Positions 26,543-38,089 of a stretch of 64,000 nucleotides of DNA are shown here, piece by piece (position 1 is the stretch's first letter; each line of letters opens with the position of its first letter). Source of the DNA: Octopus sinensis. Taxonomy: Eukaryota. The translations under genes and the position numbers were made by a program. The notes under the pieces are model-generated. The model was given only the letters and a program-made list of their open reading frames with translations. It searched no databases and was not told the origin of the DNA. The stretch covers positions 90,892,001 to 90,956,000 of the forward strand of contig NC_043004.1 in assembly GCF_006345805.1 (NCBI RefSeq), read 5' to 3'.

Positions 26543-26959
26543 GGCGCAGGAGTGGCTGTGTGGTAAGTAGCTTGCCTACCAACCACATGGTTCCGGGTTC
26601 AGTCCCACTGCGTGGCACCTTGGGCAAGTGTCTTCTGCTATAGCCCCAGGCCGACCAATGCCTTGTGAGTGGATTTGGTAGACGGAAACTGAAAGAAGCC
26701 TGTCGTATATATGTATATATATATATATGTATGTGTGTGTATATGTTTGTGTGTCTGTGTTTGTCCCCCTAGCATTGCTTGACAACCGATGCTGGTGTGT
26801 TTACGTCCCCGTCACTTAGCGGTTCGGCTAAAAGAAACCGATAGAATAAGTACTGGGCTTACAAAAGAATAAGTCCCGGGGTCAATTTGCTCGACTAAAG
26901 GCGGTGCTCCAGCATGGCTGCAGTCAAATGACTGAAACAAGTAAAAGAGTAAAAGAGTA
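26543..26959 (+). mobile_element. Family B tRNA-derived SINE, full length
   Basis: A box TGGCTGTGTGG, B box GGTTCAGTCCC, CCTTGGGCAAGT (CORE-like), internal TA/TG microsatellite and (AAAAGAGT)n tail. Probably one of the published octopus OK/OR SINEs, but I cannot assign which. Confidence 0.92.
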
Positions 26960-27342
26960 CCCTTGTTAGAATGGAATGAATCAACAAGTAACCCTTTATG
27001 TGTTTACTTGATTCAGTAGATTTAGAAACCGCATCTCCAAAACTACTATTTCCTGACTTCAAAGACAACAAGCATATTTCTAACATGGGAAGAAGTGCAA
27101 GAAAATTGCAAATATTCAAATATTTTTGAAGTGCTATAGTTGCCATCCATAGGTTGTAGATGTTGGTGTAACCATTGCTGTCATTCCTAGCAGTTCTAAA
27201 ACATTGATTTGCTACTTCTTTGAAGTTTTGAAACAACTCCAATGAATTTCAGCTGCCAAAAGAAAATACAACTACAACCAAAAACATTAATAATAGATAC
27301 TAGTCTACAGCCAGAAGAACTGCACACTACTGTGTAAAGCCC

Positions 27343-27888
<546 letters not shown>

Positions 27889-27895
<7 letters not shown>

Positions 27896-28170
27896 CTTAA
27901 ATGTATAGTATTAAATATCTATCATGGCTGGTCATACCAGAGTACAATGGAATACAGTGAAGTGTTAGATAACAAATTGATTATATAACTTTACATTCAT
28001 CAGAGTTAGCTGATATGGAAAAGAATATGGCGACTCCTCTCTAACTCTGATGAGCGTAAAGTTATATAAGCTGTTTGTTACCTAACATTCCACTGTATTG
28101 TTTATGTGAAACCAATTGGTAAGCCTAGTCATGATGGATATTTAATGCTATACATTTCAGATAGTATACC
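27889..28170. mobile_element. Head-to-head inverted pair of a hammerhead-bearing (Penelope pLTR-like) fragment
   Basis: 27950-28009 is the reverse complement of 28041-28100. Similarity resumes further out (CATGAT.GATATTT.AAT.CTATACATTT). 31-nt spacer. Confidence 0.7.
28041..28128 (+). ncRNA. Type I hammerhead ribozyme motif (canonical core)
   Basis: CTAACT-CTGATGA(28047-53)-GCGTAAA..TTTATGT-GAA-ACCAATTGGT-A(28121)-AGCCTAG. Helix II has two G.U pairs explicable as CpG decay; helix I is imperfect. Confidence 0.7.
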
Positions 28171-28607
28171 TACTCTTCTGACAGATATACAAGTGCACCT
28201 TTTCCTGACTTATGGTCTCTTAGATGACTCACATGTACACACACACACATAAGTATAAAGACCAAATATAAAATATTCAGCATCACATTAAAAATACACA
28301 TATATTTATACATGCTCTAACATGTACCCAAATATGCATACAACCACATGCATACTCAAAGTAGCACTTTTTCTACCGTCACACATATACATGGTACAAA
28401 CACCAACTTTTATTTTACTACTACAATATGTCCAGAAATATACCAATCACAATGCAAACACATTTCTAAGTGAATTACATACTCGCACACACTCAAGTGG
28501 CACACATACATACAATCATATATATACTATACACACTTCTATACATACAAAGCTCAGCCAACACACAAAACAGTGACAGTCACATAAATGCAACAAAAAA
28601 TGCATGA

Positions 28608-29023
28608 GGCGCAGGAGTGGCTGTGTGGTAAGTAGCTTGCTAACCAACCACATGATTCCGGGTTCAGTCCCACTGCATGGCATCTTGGGCAATTGTCTTC
28701 TGATATAGCCCTGGGCCGACCAATGCCTTGTGAGTGGATTTGGTAGACGGAAACTGAAAGAAGCCTGTCGTATGTATGTATGTATATATATATGTATGTG
28801 TGTGTATATGTTTGTGTGTCTGTGTTTGTCCTTCTAGCATTGCTTGACAACCGATGCTGGTGTGTCTACGTCCCCATCACTTAGCGGTTTGGCAAAAGAG
28901 ACCGATAGAATAATTACTGGGCTTACAAAAATAAGTCCCGGGGTCGATTTGCTCGACTAAAGGCGGTGCTCCAGCATGGCCGCAGTCAAATGACTGAAAC
29001 AAGTAAAAGAGTAAAAGAGTAAA
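28608..29023 (+). mobile_element. Family B SINE, full length
   Basis: Colinear and highly similar to 26543-26959. Confidence 0.92.
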
Positions 29024-29914
29024 TGATTACACACACATACACACTCATAGCAATGACATACATGCCTACTCACCATAACATTACCACATCCTACCTATCT
29101 AAACACAACAGACATACACTCAAACACATTCACATACATGTGCATATACACAAACACATTTCTCACAGTAATGGCCCCACATATACTGAGATTGCAATAT
29201 GCATGCACACTCATTGACACACTAAAAACTACAGTGGAAATAAGGCATTAACAAGTACTGCTACAATAAAAAAAATACACATGCATACACACAAGTTTTG
29301 ATTATATGCTCCACTCACATTAGTCCATGGATACTAAATTCACTTGTACACACTTAAACTACACACACATAATTTATGTAGTTGCTCATTCCTTCTGTAT
29401 CACTTCTGAACATTTGACCTCCACTATTTTTAATATGATTTGACATAGTACTACACAAAAATAATCATAAACACGCATATTCCAAACATCAGTAAGAAAT
29501 AGACTTCACTAAAAGTGATTTTCTCTGTAGCTATTTAAGGGTGTGATTGTATTACCCTACATTACTTCCACTTTATTTTTTCTTCTTAACACAAGTTTGG
29601 AATAATGAGGTCCAAAGGATGAATTCCTCATTCTTTTCAACTTTGATCCAAAGACAAAATTATTTACTTGATTGTATTCAAAACATTAAATGGTTGGTTG
29701 CTACTACTAGTAGCTCTCTTTGTTCATGGCAGAAATCCCTGCTTCTTGAGCAAAATTATGGATTATGTTCTGAGTGGCACATTGGCTTAAGCAGTTTGTA
29801 GTGTGCTGGTTATGTGATTGGCTTGACTTCCACAAGTGGTTTTCTTTAAATAAAAAACAAAAAACCCTTGTCCAAGAAAATATTCAATATTGGTTTCAAA
29901 TTTTGGTACGAGGC

Positions 29915-30100
29915 CAGCAACTTCGGGGGAGGGGTCAAGTCGATTACATCAACCCCAGTATTGAAATGGTACTTATTTTATTGACCCTGAAAAGATGAAA
30001 GGCAAAGTCTATCTTGTCAAAATTTGAACTCAGAATGCAAGGACAGGTAAAATGCTGCTAAGCATTTTGCTTGGCAAGCAAATGATTCTGCCAGCTGAAA
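29915..30100 (-). mobile_element. Family C SINE, diverged
   Basis: GGTACTTATTTTATTGACCC.GAAAAGATGAAAGGCAAAGTC...ATTTGAACTCAG is the reverse of the family C core. Confidence 0.7.
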
Positions 30101-31300
30101 GCCTTAAAGAAAATACACAATATATTATGATGAAAAATGCTTGATAGCACATATAGGTTAAGCCCTGGGACTGGTAAGGCCAAGAACCATAATCCATCAA
30201 ATGTTTGACAAGGGAGATGATCTATCAGGAAGTGGATCAGCTCATGTTGTATGCCTGGTGCATACTTGCACAATGGAAAGCAACACTCACCAAAGAGAGA
30301 AGCTGTTTGGGTTTCTATGTTCTCATCAGATTAAATTATGAAAGCTTCAATAAAGATGAATTAAACTGCTCCAAAAGGGTATCAATTTCACAAGAAGCTT
30401 AATTGGGCTCCCAAGCTGGTTGTTCTCAGAGTCCAATTAAACTTTACATAACATATTTTCATCATCTACATGTAACAAAAACAAATTTAGATATAACAAA
30501 TTTAGTTAAAAAGCTGTTGCTGGCCACCAGTGGTATGATAAAGCAGGGAAAGCAAGAGTGTTGTTTTGGTCAAATTGTAATTTCCAACATTTTAAAAAAC
30601 TGAAATTATCATTTAATAAATACTTCTTTCAAAATTCCAATTTTGTTTTTCACACATCTCCTTGTGGTAAATCATTAATAAAATATTTTGCAATAGCACT
30701 CTGAGAGAACATGTTTCCCGCCACTAAAACACATTTCTTTTCTTTGGTTGTGATGGTGATAGGGACTCTTGTTGAGAAATACTGATACCATGGACTGAAG
30801 GATTAGTATCTTGGTTTCTTGAATGAAGAATAACTGAGCCACAATTTTGTCTTGTGTGGAAATGAAAAATAGTATATAAAATTCAATTAGATGAAAATTA
30901 TGTTGCTTTCTATTTCCTTTTGTTTCTCCATTTTCTAAGTGAATATCTCTTTCCTAGGGTGGGGCGGGAGCAATATTTCTTGTTCAGAGTTGAAACATCT
31001 TAATGGAAAAAAGTCTTTCAAGTTTTCAAGTTTCATTGGAAACACTACTGAAATTAGGTATGCGTGGATAAATTATTGTTTTTTTCTACTTTTTAATCTC
31101 ATCTAGATAAAAGTGGTTACAGAATGGCAAAAGAGTGGGAAAAAAACGTAATTTTGGGATGAAAAAATTTAATCATCACATTGTAAATAAGGTATCTTTA
31201 TCTTTGTTGTATCAAATAAAAGGTGGAAAAATATCTATATATATAAATATATATGAAAAAATAAGTCAAAATAGAAAATGCTAAAATAATTTTATAAAGA

Positions 31301-31350
31301 ACATTTCAGTACCGGTTTCAGTCATTTTGAGACCTTTTCAACTGTAATGA
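31301..31350 (-). ncRNA. Minimal type I hammerhead ribozyme motif, U3-A8 core variant
   Basis: Minus strand: CATTACAG-TTGAAAA-GGTC-tcaaaat-GACT-GAA-ACCGGT-A-CTGAAATG. Helix I has 7/8 bp, helix II 4 bp, and helix III is palindromic. Confidence 0.75.
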
Positions 31351-31685
31351 TTAAATAATTAAATTTAGAAAAATTAAAAGAAATGTTTTTTTAAAAGAAT
31401 ATTTGTATAGTGTTCAAATATAAGTGGCATTTTTCTTGTTTCTGCCTTGCTCTGTCTCTCTTGTTCACACGTGTGGGTTGGAGGTTGTGAATTCTTTGTA
31501 GGGAAGAAGAAGAAGGATGATGAGGAGAAGGGGGGTAAATTTTGGGAGTGCCTTGATTGTTGTATTTTGAATGGTCAGTGGCTGCTAGCAGTTCATGAGA
31601 GTATTTCTATTGAAAGGTTTGTCTATAGAATTTGCGTAGGTGTTATACTAAAAAGCATTAGTGATAAAGTTAGGAAGTGGAAGGG

Positions 31686-31930
31686 GGAGAAGAAGAAGAA
31701 GAAGAAGAAGAAGAAGAAGAAGAAGAAGAAGAAGAAGAAGAAGAAGAAGAAGAAGAAGATGATGATGATGATGACGATGTTGGTGATGCTGAAGAAGATG
31801 AAGAAGAAGGAGCAGAAGAAGAAGAGAAGAAGAAGAAGATGATGATGATGATGATGATGATGATGAAGAAGGAGGAGAAGAAGAAGAAGAAGAAGAAGAA
31901 GAAGAAGAAGAAGAAGAAGAAGAAAGAGGA
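31686..31930. repeat. (GAA)n/(GAT)n trinucleotide microsatellite
   Basis: Directly visible. Confidence 0.95.
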
Positions 31931-31957
31931 GGGAGAATATGAATGAGTGGAAGTAGT

Positions 31958-32189
31958 TATTTCTTTATTACCCACAAGGGGCTAAACACAGAGGGGACAA
32001 ACAAGGACAGACATAGGTATTAAGTCGATTACATCGACTCCAGTGCGTAACTGGTACTTAATTTATCGACCCCGAAAGGATGAAAGGCAAAGTCCACCTC
32101 GGCGGAATTTGAACTCACAACGTAACGACAGACGAAATACGGCTACGCATTTCGCCCGGCGTGCTAATGATTCTGCCAGCTCGCCACCT
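31958..32189 (-). mobile_element. Family C SINE, young full-length copy
   Basis: Reverse complement of 12558-12789. 15-bp TSD ATGAGTGGAAGTAGT at 31943-31957 and 32190-32204. Confidence 0.9.
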
Positions 32190-32275
32190 ATGAGTGGAAG
32201 TAGTGAGGTGTTGTATGACTTGGGGCTGATTTGTAGTGGATTCTTAGGAATGTAATATTTGGGTGTGTATTTGTG

Positions 32276-32462
32276 TTATTCTAAGGCAGAGGGGAATATA
32301 TCGTTTGTTGTAGACCCGTTCAGAAGGAGCTTATATTTTGTAATAAAGAGAGTTTCTTTACTTATTCGTTGGCTCCCTGAATTGGTAGAGGGGGAAAATC
32401 CTGAAGTTTGGTGTTTTGTTGTTGGCGCAAGTATCTATGTGTTGGCTGAATGTTATTTTTCT
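32276..32462 (-). pseudogene. C-terminal relic of a Penelope-like element GIY-YIG endonuclease
   Basis: Minus translation [28 protein letters not shown], then after a frameshift [14 protein letters not shown]...stop. Resembles the H.D.CA...F.IFPFY...KE..FI.KY.P.LN ending of PLE ORFs (recalled, not searched). Confidence 0.6.
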
Positions 32463-32470
32463 GTTTATAT

Positions 32471-32507
<37 letters not shown>

Positions 32508-32551
32508 TTATTGAGAGAGAGAGATATATATATATATATATATATAAACGT

Positions 32552-32642
<91 letters not shown>

Positions 32643-35600
32643 GGACTTCAAGTTATACACAAGGAAGAGACACCTACTTTTGTATTATAAAATGGAAATG
32701 ATAAAAGTCACCCACATTATTAAAATACTAATTTGAAGGCGGTAGACTGACAAAAATTAAACTCAAACAAAGTTGTGAATATGGTTATTTGTCAAACTAT
32801 ATTAAGTAAATTCTGGAGCAAGTAGCTACGAAATTCATACCTATGTAAGCAAACTGACTCCGAACAAGTACCTGCTTAAACAGAAGTTGTTTGCATCAAA
32901 GAAATATCAAACGAAAATATATAGCTTCTAATGAATTGTTTCACAGAATGAGTTATTGTTTTTAAACATGTAATTTCTAATCCAAGCAATCAATTTCTGT
33001 CTGAAAATAATGGTTCTTTTATTCAAAACTTGAACAGCTGAGACAAGATAGCTCTACTTCTTTGTTGTTAAATTATTTTAATTACTGGGTCAGCTTCACA
33101 GTTCTTACGAAGTTTGAAAAGTCGTCAGTGCTTGCACATTTGTTGAACCTTCTATCTTCCACAAAAACATGCATTTTCATATGATTTCAATAGAAAATTT
33201 GGTTGAGATTCAGATTAGAAGTCACATGCCTCAAGTGAAAGGAAAAGTAGATTTTTACTTAGTTTGGGTGGGTGGGGGGGGGAGATATTTCTCTATTTCA
33301 TACAATAAAAATTACAATTCTGAATTTTGTGTAAATTTTTACCATTACAACCATCTGTAGCAGATCTTGTATGCATGAAGTGGATTCGATCCACCATAGC
33401 CAAATTTAAATTAACACTACAACAGAACTTTTCCCACGGTGGAACAATGGTTTTTCTCTGACAGCAGTTTAACATTTTCCAGATGCCTTTAGCTTGTTTG
33501 AAATAATGTCTTCACCACTTGATCCTTTCTAACTTCTACTTCACCAAAAGATATAATAGAGAGAACAAGACCACCAACTAAATCTATTGTTCTCAATGAT
33601 ATATTTATCCTTCTGGATAGTTATAAAAGTAAGCACACCCTAAGCAAAAATCAGTTAGTCACAGTCAGTGACAACTCAACGAAGTCTGACTGACCAGCTA
33701 GAACCTTGGTGAGAGAGAGAAATGAAGTTTACTGTCAGCAACTGTAAGACAATATCCCACACCCTACAACTCTCACTAGTTTTAATTCTGTTCTCTGACA
33801 ACATCATACTATCTCTCTGTAATTACTGCTAAGCAATGAAGAGGACACAAACACAAACTTAACTTCACATGCTTTTGGATTTATCATAACTTGCCCGTCA
33901 AGGCAAGGTATTGTAATGCAACGGTAAATAAATATTTCCTTAAAACTTCATGCATTGTTCATCTATCACATCCTACTGTATGCAATTATAACAACAAATT
34001 TTTATTGTTACATCTGCTGACTCCAACATTTCCTATTATTGTTTACAAATTAATTTCTCTCGTTATGCATCTCATGAAACTGGTACAAATAAAACATTTT
34101 CTGTGAAAGGGCACAAATGTAAAAAATTACATTTCTTGAACAAGATATTCCCGTACAGAAGGAAATAACCACCTAATTCTTTGTACTTTCCCTTCTCTAT
34201 GAGTTAATAATTATTCTGAATGTTCACCATTTAGAGATTTCCATCTGTCTCACAAGACGTGTAATAGTAAAAAAATTTTCCTTTAGAACTTTCGATTTTT
34301 TTTCATTTTTATTTTTCACTTCTGTAACATTTTCCTTTCTCGTGTGATATAGGACTTTATCTGGAAAGAACATTTTCCCAGAAAATTTTGGGGATTTATT
34401 ATTTTTTTTTGATTTTCATGTGAAAATTTTCTTTACTCCTGGTCAATTCTTGTAGGGAAAAGAAAGAAAATTTATCACCTACTGCATTGTGTTGATGCTC
34501 AGTTTACAGCTATCCACTGACTTAAAATGGAAACACATTGTGAATTTTCACTTTTGGGTAGACATGACCCTCATATATTAGAAACAACATGGATATGTAG
34601 ACCAGGTAATAGCAAGACAAGATTTCTCCCTTTATTTTCATCGTTATTGATTTCTCTTTGTGAGGAACCAAATGTTTTTCCACACACTTTCTCTATCAAA
34701 TATTGGTTTGTACCAAAGGAGGGTTTTCCCATTTTTGGTATTTTGCATATGCATTTGTAAATGGTGGCCCTTTGCATGGAAGGATAGATATAGTTCCTCC
34801 TCCTGGAGTCACCAAAAAATAGTACTGTGTATGCCTTATTTCCTCTTGTTGGGACTTGAAATTTACCTGCACAAGCTAGCAATTTTGGCAAAATCCCTAC
34901 ATTTTTGGTTTTATTGCTGGTTTTACTGTTGTTATTACTGACCCTAAAGTTGCAGTTTTTGTTGGTAGAAATGTTACTGTTCTTTCTAACACCTTAGTTT
35001 ATAAGTCCCCTTTGATATTGTTGTTTAGCTTCCATGTCAACTCAGAATACAAGCATAATAAAAGACATTCCAACTATGATCTCTTTCGTCTTTTTGTATG
35101 AAGGACTATACTATTCGATATGTCCATCTTTTTTCAGGGAATTCGACTATTATTTTTAGCATGTTAAAAGACTACAAAATGATTCTGTTGTTGTTCTTTG
35201 TACAGGTGTTGTCTATTAATTATTGTTATTTTTGATTGTTGTGTCTCCTCCAATCATTTTAATACTGTTTTTACTGTTGTTTGACGTTGAACACCTTAAC
35301 AATGCCACCACGTGTGATGCAGTTACTTCTCACCACACCTCTTGCCTCTCCACACCGATGCAGCTGACACAAGATGTCTGAGATTCGCAAACCTCCAATC
35401 TTTTTTCTAAAAAAGACAATATATCTTCTAGAAAGGGCAGATATGGAAAAATAACATTTGCTTCTGTCTTCAAATCCTTTCAGAGCAATTTGTCACAAAA
35501 AATTCCAACCTGCGTGGGTCAAGATTTCAAAAATCATATTTACTTTTAGATTTATGAAAAACAAATGTCTTCCTGTCGATTTCCATTTCTGAGAGAGTCA

Positions 35601-35689
35601 CATGACTTCAAATTTTGACAGTCAATTTTATTGAACCTTAATTTCCAACCCTGGTGCAAAGTTACTCTTTTACATATTTTTTTGGCATT

Positions 35690-36225
35690 GGTGGGGGTGT
35701 AATCAGTTGATTACACTGATATAAGTATTTGACTGATGTTTATTTAATTGAAGTCAGGAGCAAAAAGTTGGCCTAAACGAGATTTGAACTCAGAATATAA
35801 AAGGCCAGGTATTTTACCTGATGCTATAATGATTCTGCCATTCAACACCATCATCAATAACTGTTTCTAAGGTGGACACATGGCCTGAAATTTGGGCAAG
35901 AGCGGTTAATCGAGTACATTGGCATCACTACTTAATTGGTTCTTTATTTTATCGACTCCAGAAGGATGAAAAGCAAAATTGACCTCGCAGGGGTTTGAAC
36001 TTGAAATGTTAAGCTGCAACAAATACCACAAGACATTTTCTGATGGTCCAAAGATTCTGCCAATTCCTCACCTTTCTAACAGAAAGAAAACCAAAAATTT
36101 ATTGTGTAGAGTTAATTGATTAAATTGACCCTATTATTTAACTGGTACTTTATTTTATCTACCCCTAGAAAGGCAAAAGGCAAGAATTGAACTCAGAATA
36201 TAAAGAGCCAGAACAAATACAACTG
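35690..36225 (-). mobile_element. Three decayed family C SINE copies in tandem
   Basis: Repeated TTTGAACTCAGAAT and GGATGAAAAGCAAAATTGACCTC motifs. Confidence 0.6.
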
Positions 36226-36284
36226 TAATGATGTTAATAATTCATTCTAATTTTAACACAAGGCCAGCAACCCATTACATATTA

Positions 36285-36555
36285 TGTGGGATGACGTCAG
36301 CAGCTGGGTGCATTGACCGGAAACTGGGGCAACCGGAAGGGGCAGCCGTGAGGCGTGCGCAGGGAGTGGGGATTTTGGCCTTTCCAACGAGGGTCGTCGA
36401 GGTGTTAAGATGTGTGAAGACGTTGCTAAGGTTGGGTGAAACAGCTGCTATCTTTAGCGTTCGGGTCGGGGCTGTGACGAAGGATCCGTTACCACTCTAT
36501 CAGAGTGAAGAGAAGGTAGGTGCCTTTATATATCGACTATCTCACACACACCACA
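36285..36555 (+). mobile_element. Solo LTR
   Basis: TGTGG...CCACA terminal inverted pentamer and 5-bp TSD TATTA at 36280-36284 and 36556-36560. GC-rich and homologous to 23866-24143. Confidence 0.85.
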
Positions 36556-37301
36556 TATTACTCGTGTGTCACTGACATTACTCAACTGACAAAGAGTTTT
36601 GAACAGCTGACTACCTTCCAGATGTCAAGTGCTCAGTTTTGGTCACTTGATCTAGGAATGCAGTCTCATTAAAGAGCATAGGAAAACGCCTTTAAGAACT
36701 AGTGACTATACCTGCTTACCATCCAGATATGTTTGTAGATCCAGCAACCTTATAGCATGCCTGCGCATCATCAACAACTGTAAAACAAGCTGTTCATGAG
36801 TAGAGGATGATGGCAGCAGATGGACTGCTTAACTAATGTAACACATCTTTTCCACAAGAATCGAAAGAGCAGAGGGAAACTAGGAATGAGAATCAGTTCA
36901 TATATTTCCAATTGCCAGTTGGTGATATATGAATGAGTCAAAGTATTTGCTTGCCATCTTCACTTGACTTTCCGAGGATAACTTTCTCTAAGACTAAGGG
37001 GTTGTGACATTTTCATGGATGCATGTGGCAACTCCACCAAGACTTCTTTCTATTTTGATTGAACAAGATATAACTTTGCGATGTGAATTTTCACATTTGC
37101 TGCTGTGTTTCTGTAAATGTCAGACATAGGTTTTATTGCATGTGACAAGGTCTCTCAGGTAGGAAATTTCACTTTTGTTACAAGGTTGTAATAGAACTTT
37201 CGTATTCAGTAGAAACACTGAAGTGACATTTGGGGGAGATGTCAGTGGCATAATTATTTGGATTGGCCTTGTGTCTTGCTATGCACAACTTCAACTCTGC
37301 A

Positions 37302-37332
<31 letters not shown>

Positions 37333-37399
37333 CCATGCTAGCATGGAAAGTGGACGCTAAACGATGATGATGATGATATATATATATATATTATACATA

Positions 37400-37453
<54 letters not shown>

Positions 37454-37466
37454 TATAATATACATA

Positions 37467-37513
<47 letters not shown>

Positions 37514-37633
37514 TATGTGTGTATATCATCATCATCATCATCGTCGTTTAACGTCCGTTCTCCATGCTATATATCTGTTTAGATGTGTGAATGTGTGTAG
37601 TGTAAATATATTTTCATATACATATGTGCATGC

Positions 37634-37683
<50 letters not shown>

Positions 37684-38089
37684 GCACTTTCAGCCTAATT
37701 GGCAACATCTTATATATTAGAAATGTATGAATGATCCTTATGATTATAATGTTGGTTCAGTGTATTTGATGTCTACACCCAGCTATGCTAAGTATGTGTA
37801 AGAGCAGCTGCTTTGTGTTTCTAACTTAACAAAGGACAGAACACTAAACACACCTAAGCACCGCCTCAAAACCATACATACATTATTACATATACACCCA
37901 CATTGAAAACACCTGGCCAAGACGAGTGATTATGGTAGCTTGGTATAATAGAAAGGAGATAAGTCTAAAAAATTGGAATGGTCATGGATGGAATCAGAGT
38001 TAACTTGGAGTTAAATAACAGGTAAAACTGGCCAGAGATTGTGGAACTGCTTTTAGTAGTGAAGGTGTTGCACCACGGTACTGAAGGTA

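Noticed and set aside
26543-26620. SINE heads as tRNA genes
   Set aside because: A and B boxes are present, but there is no complete cloverleaf and they continue into repeat bodies.
31447-31975. Poly-K, poly-E and poly-F/S ORFs
   Set aside because: Translations of the (GAA)n/(GAT)n microsatellite.
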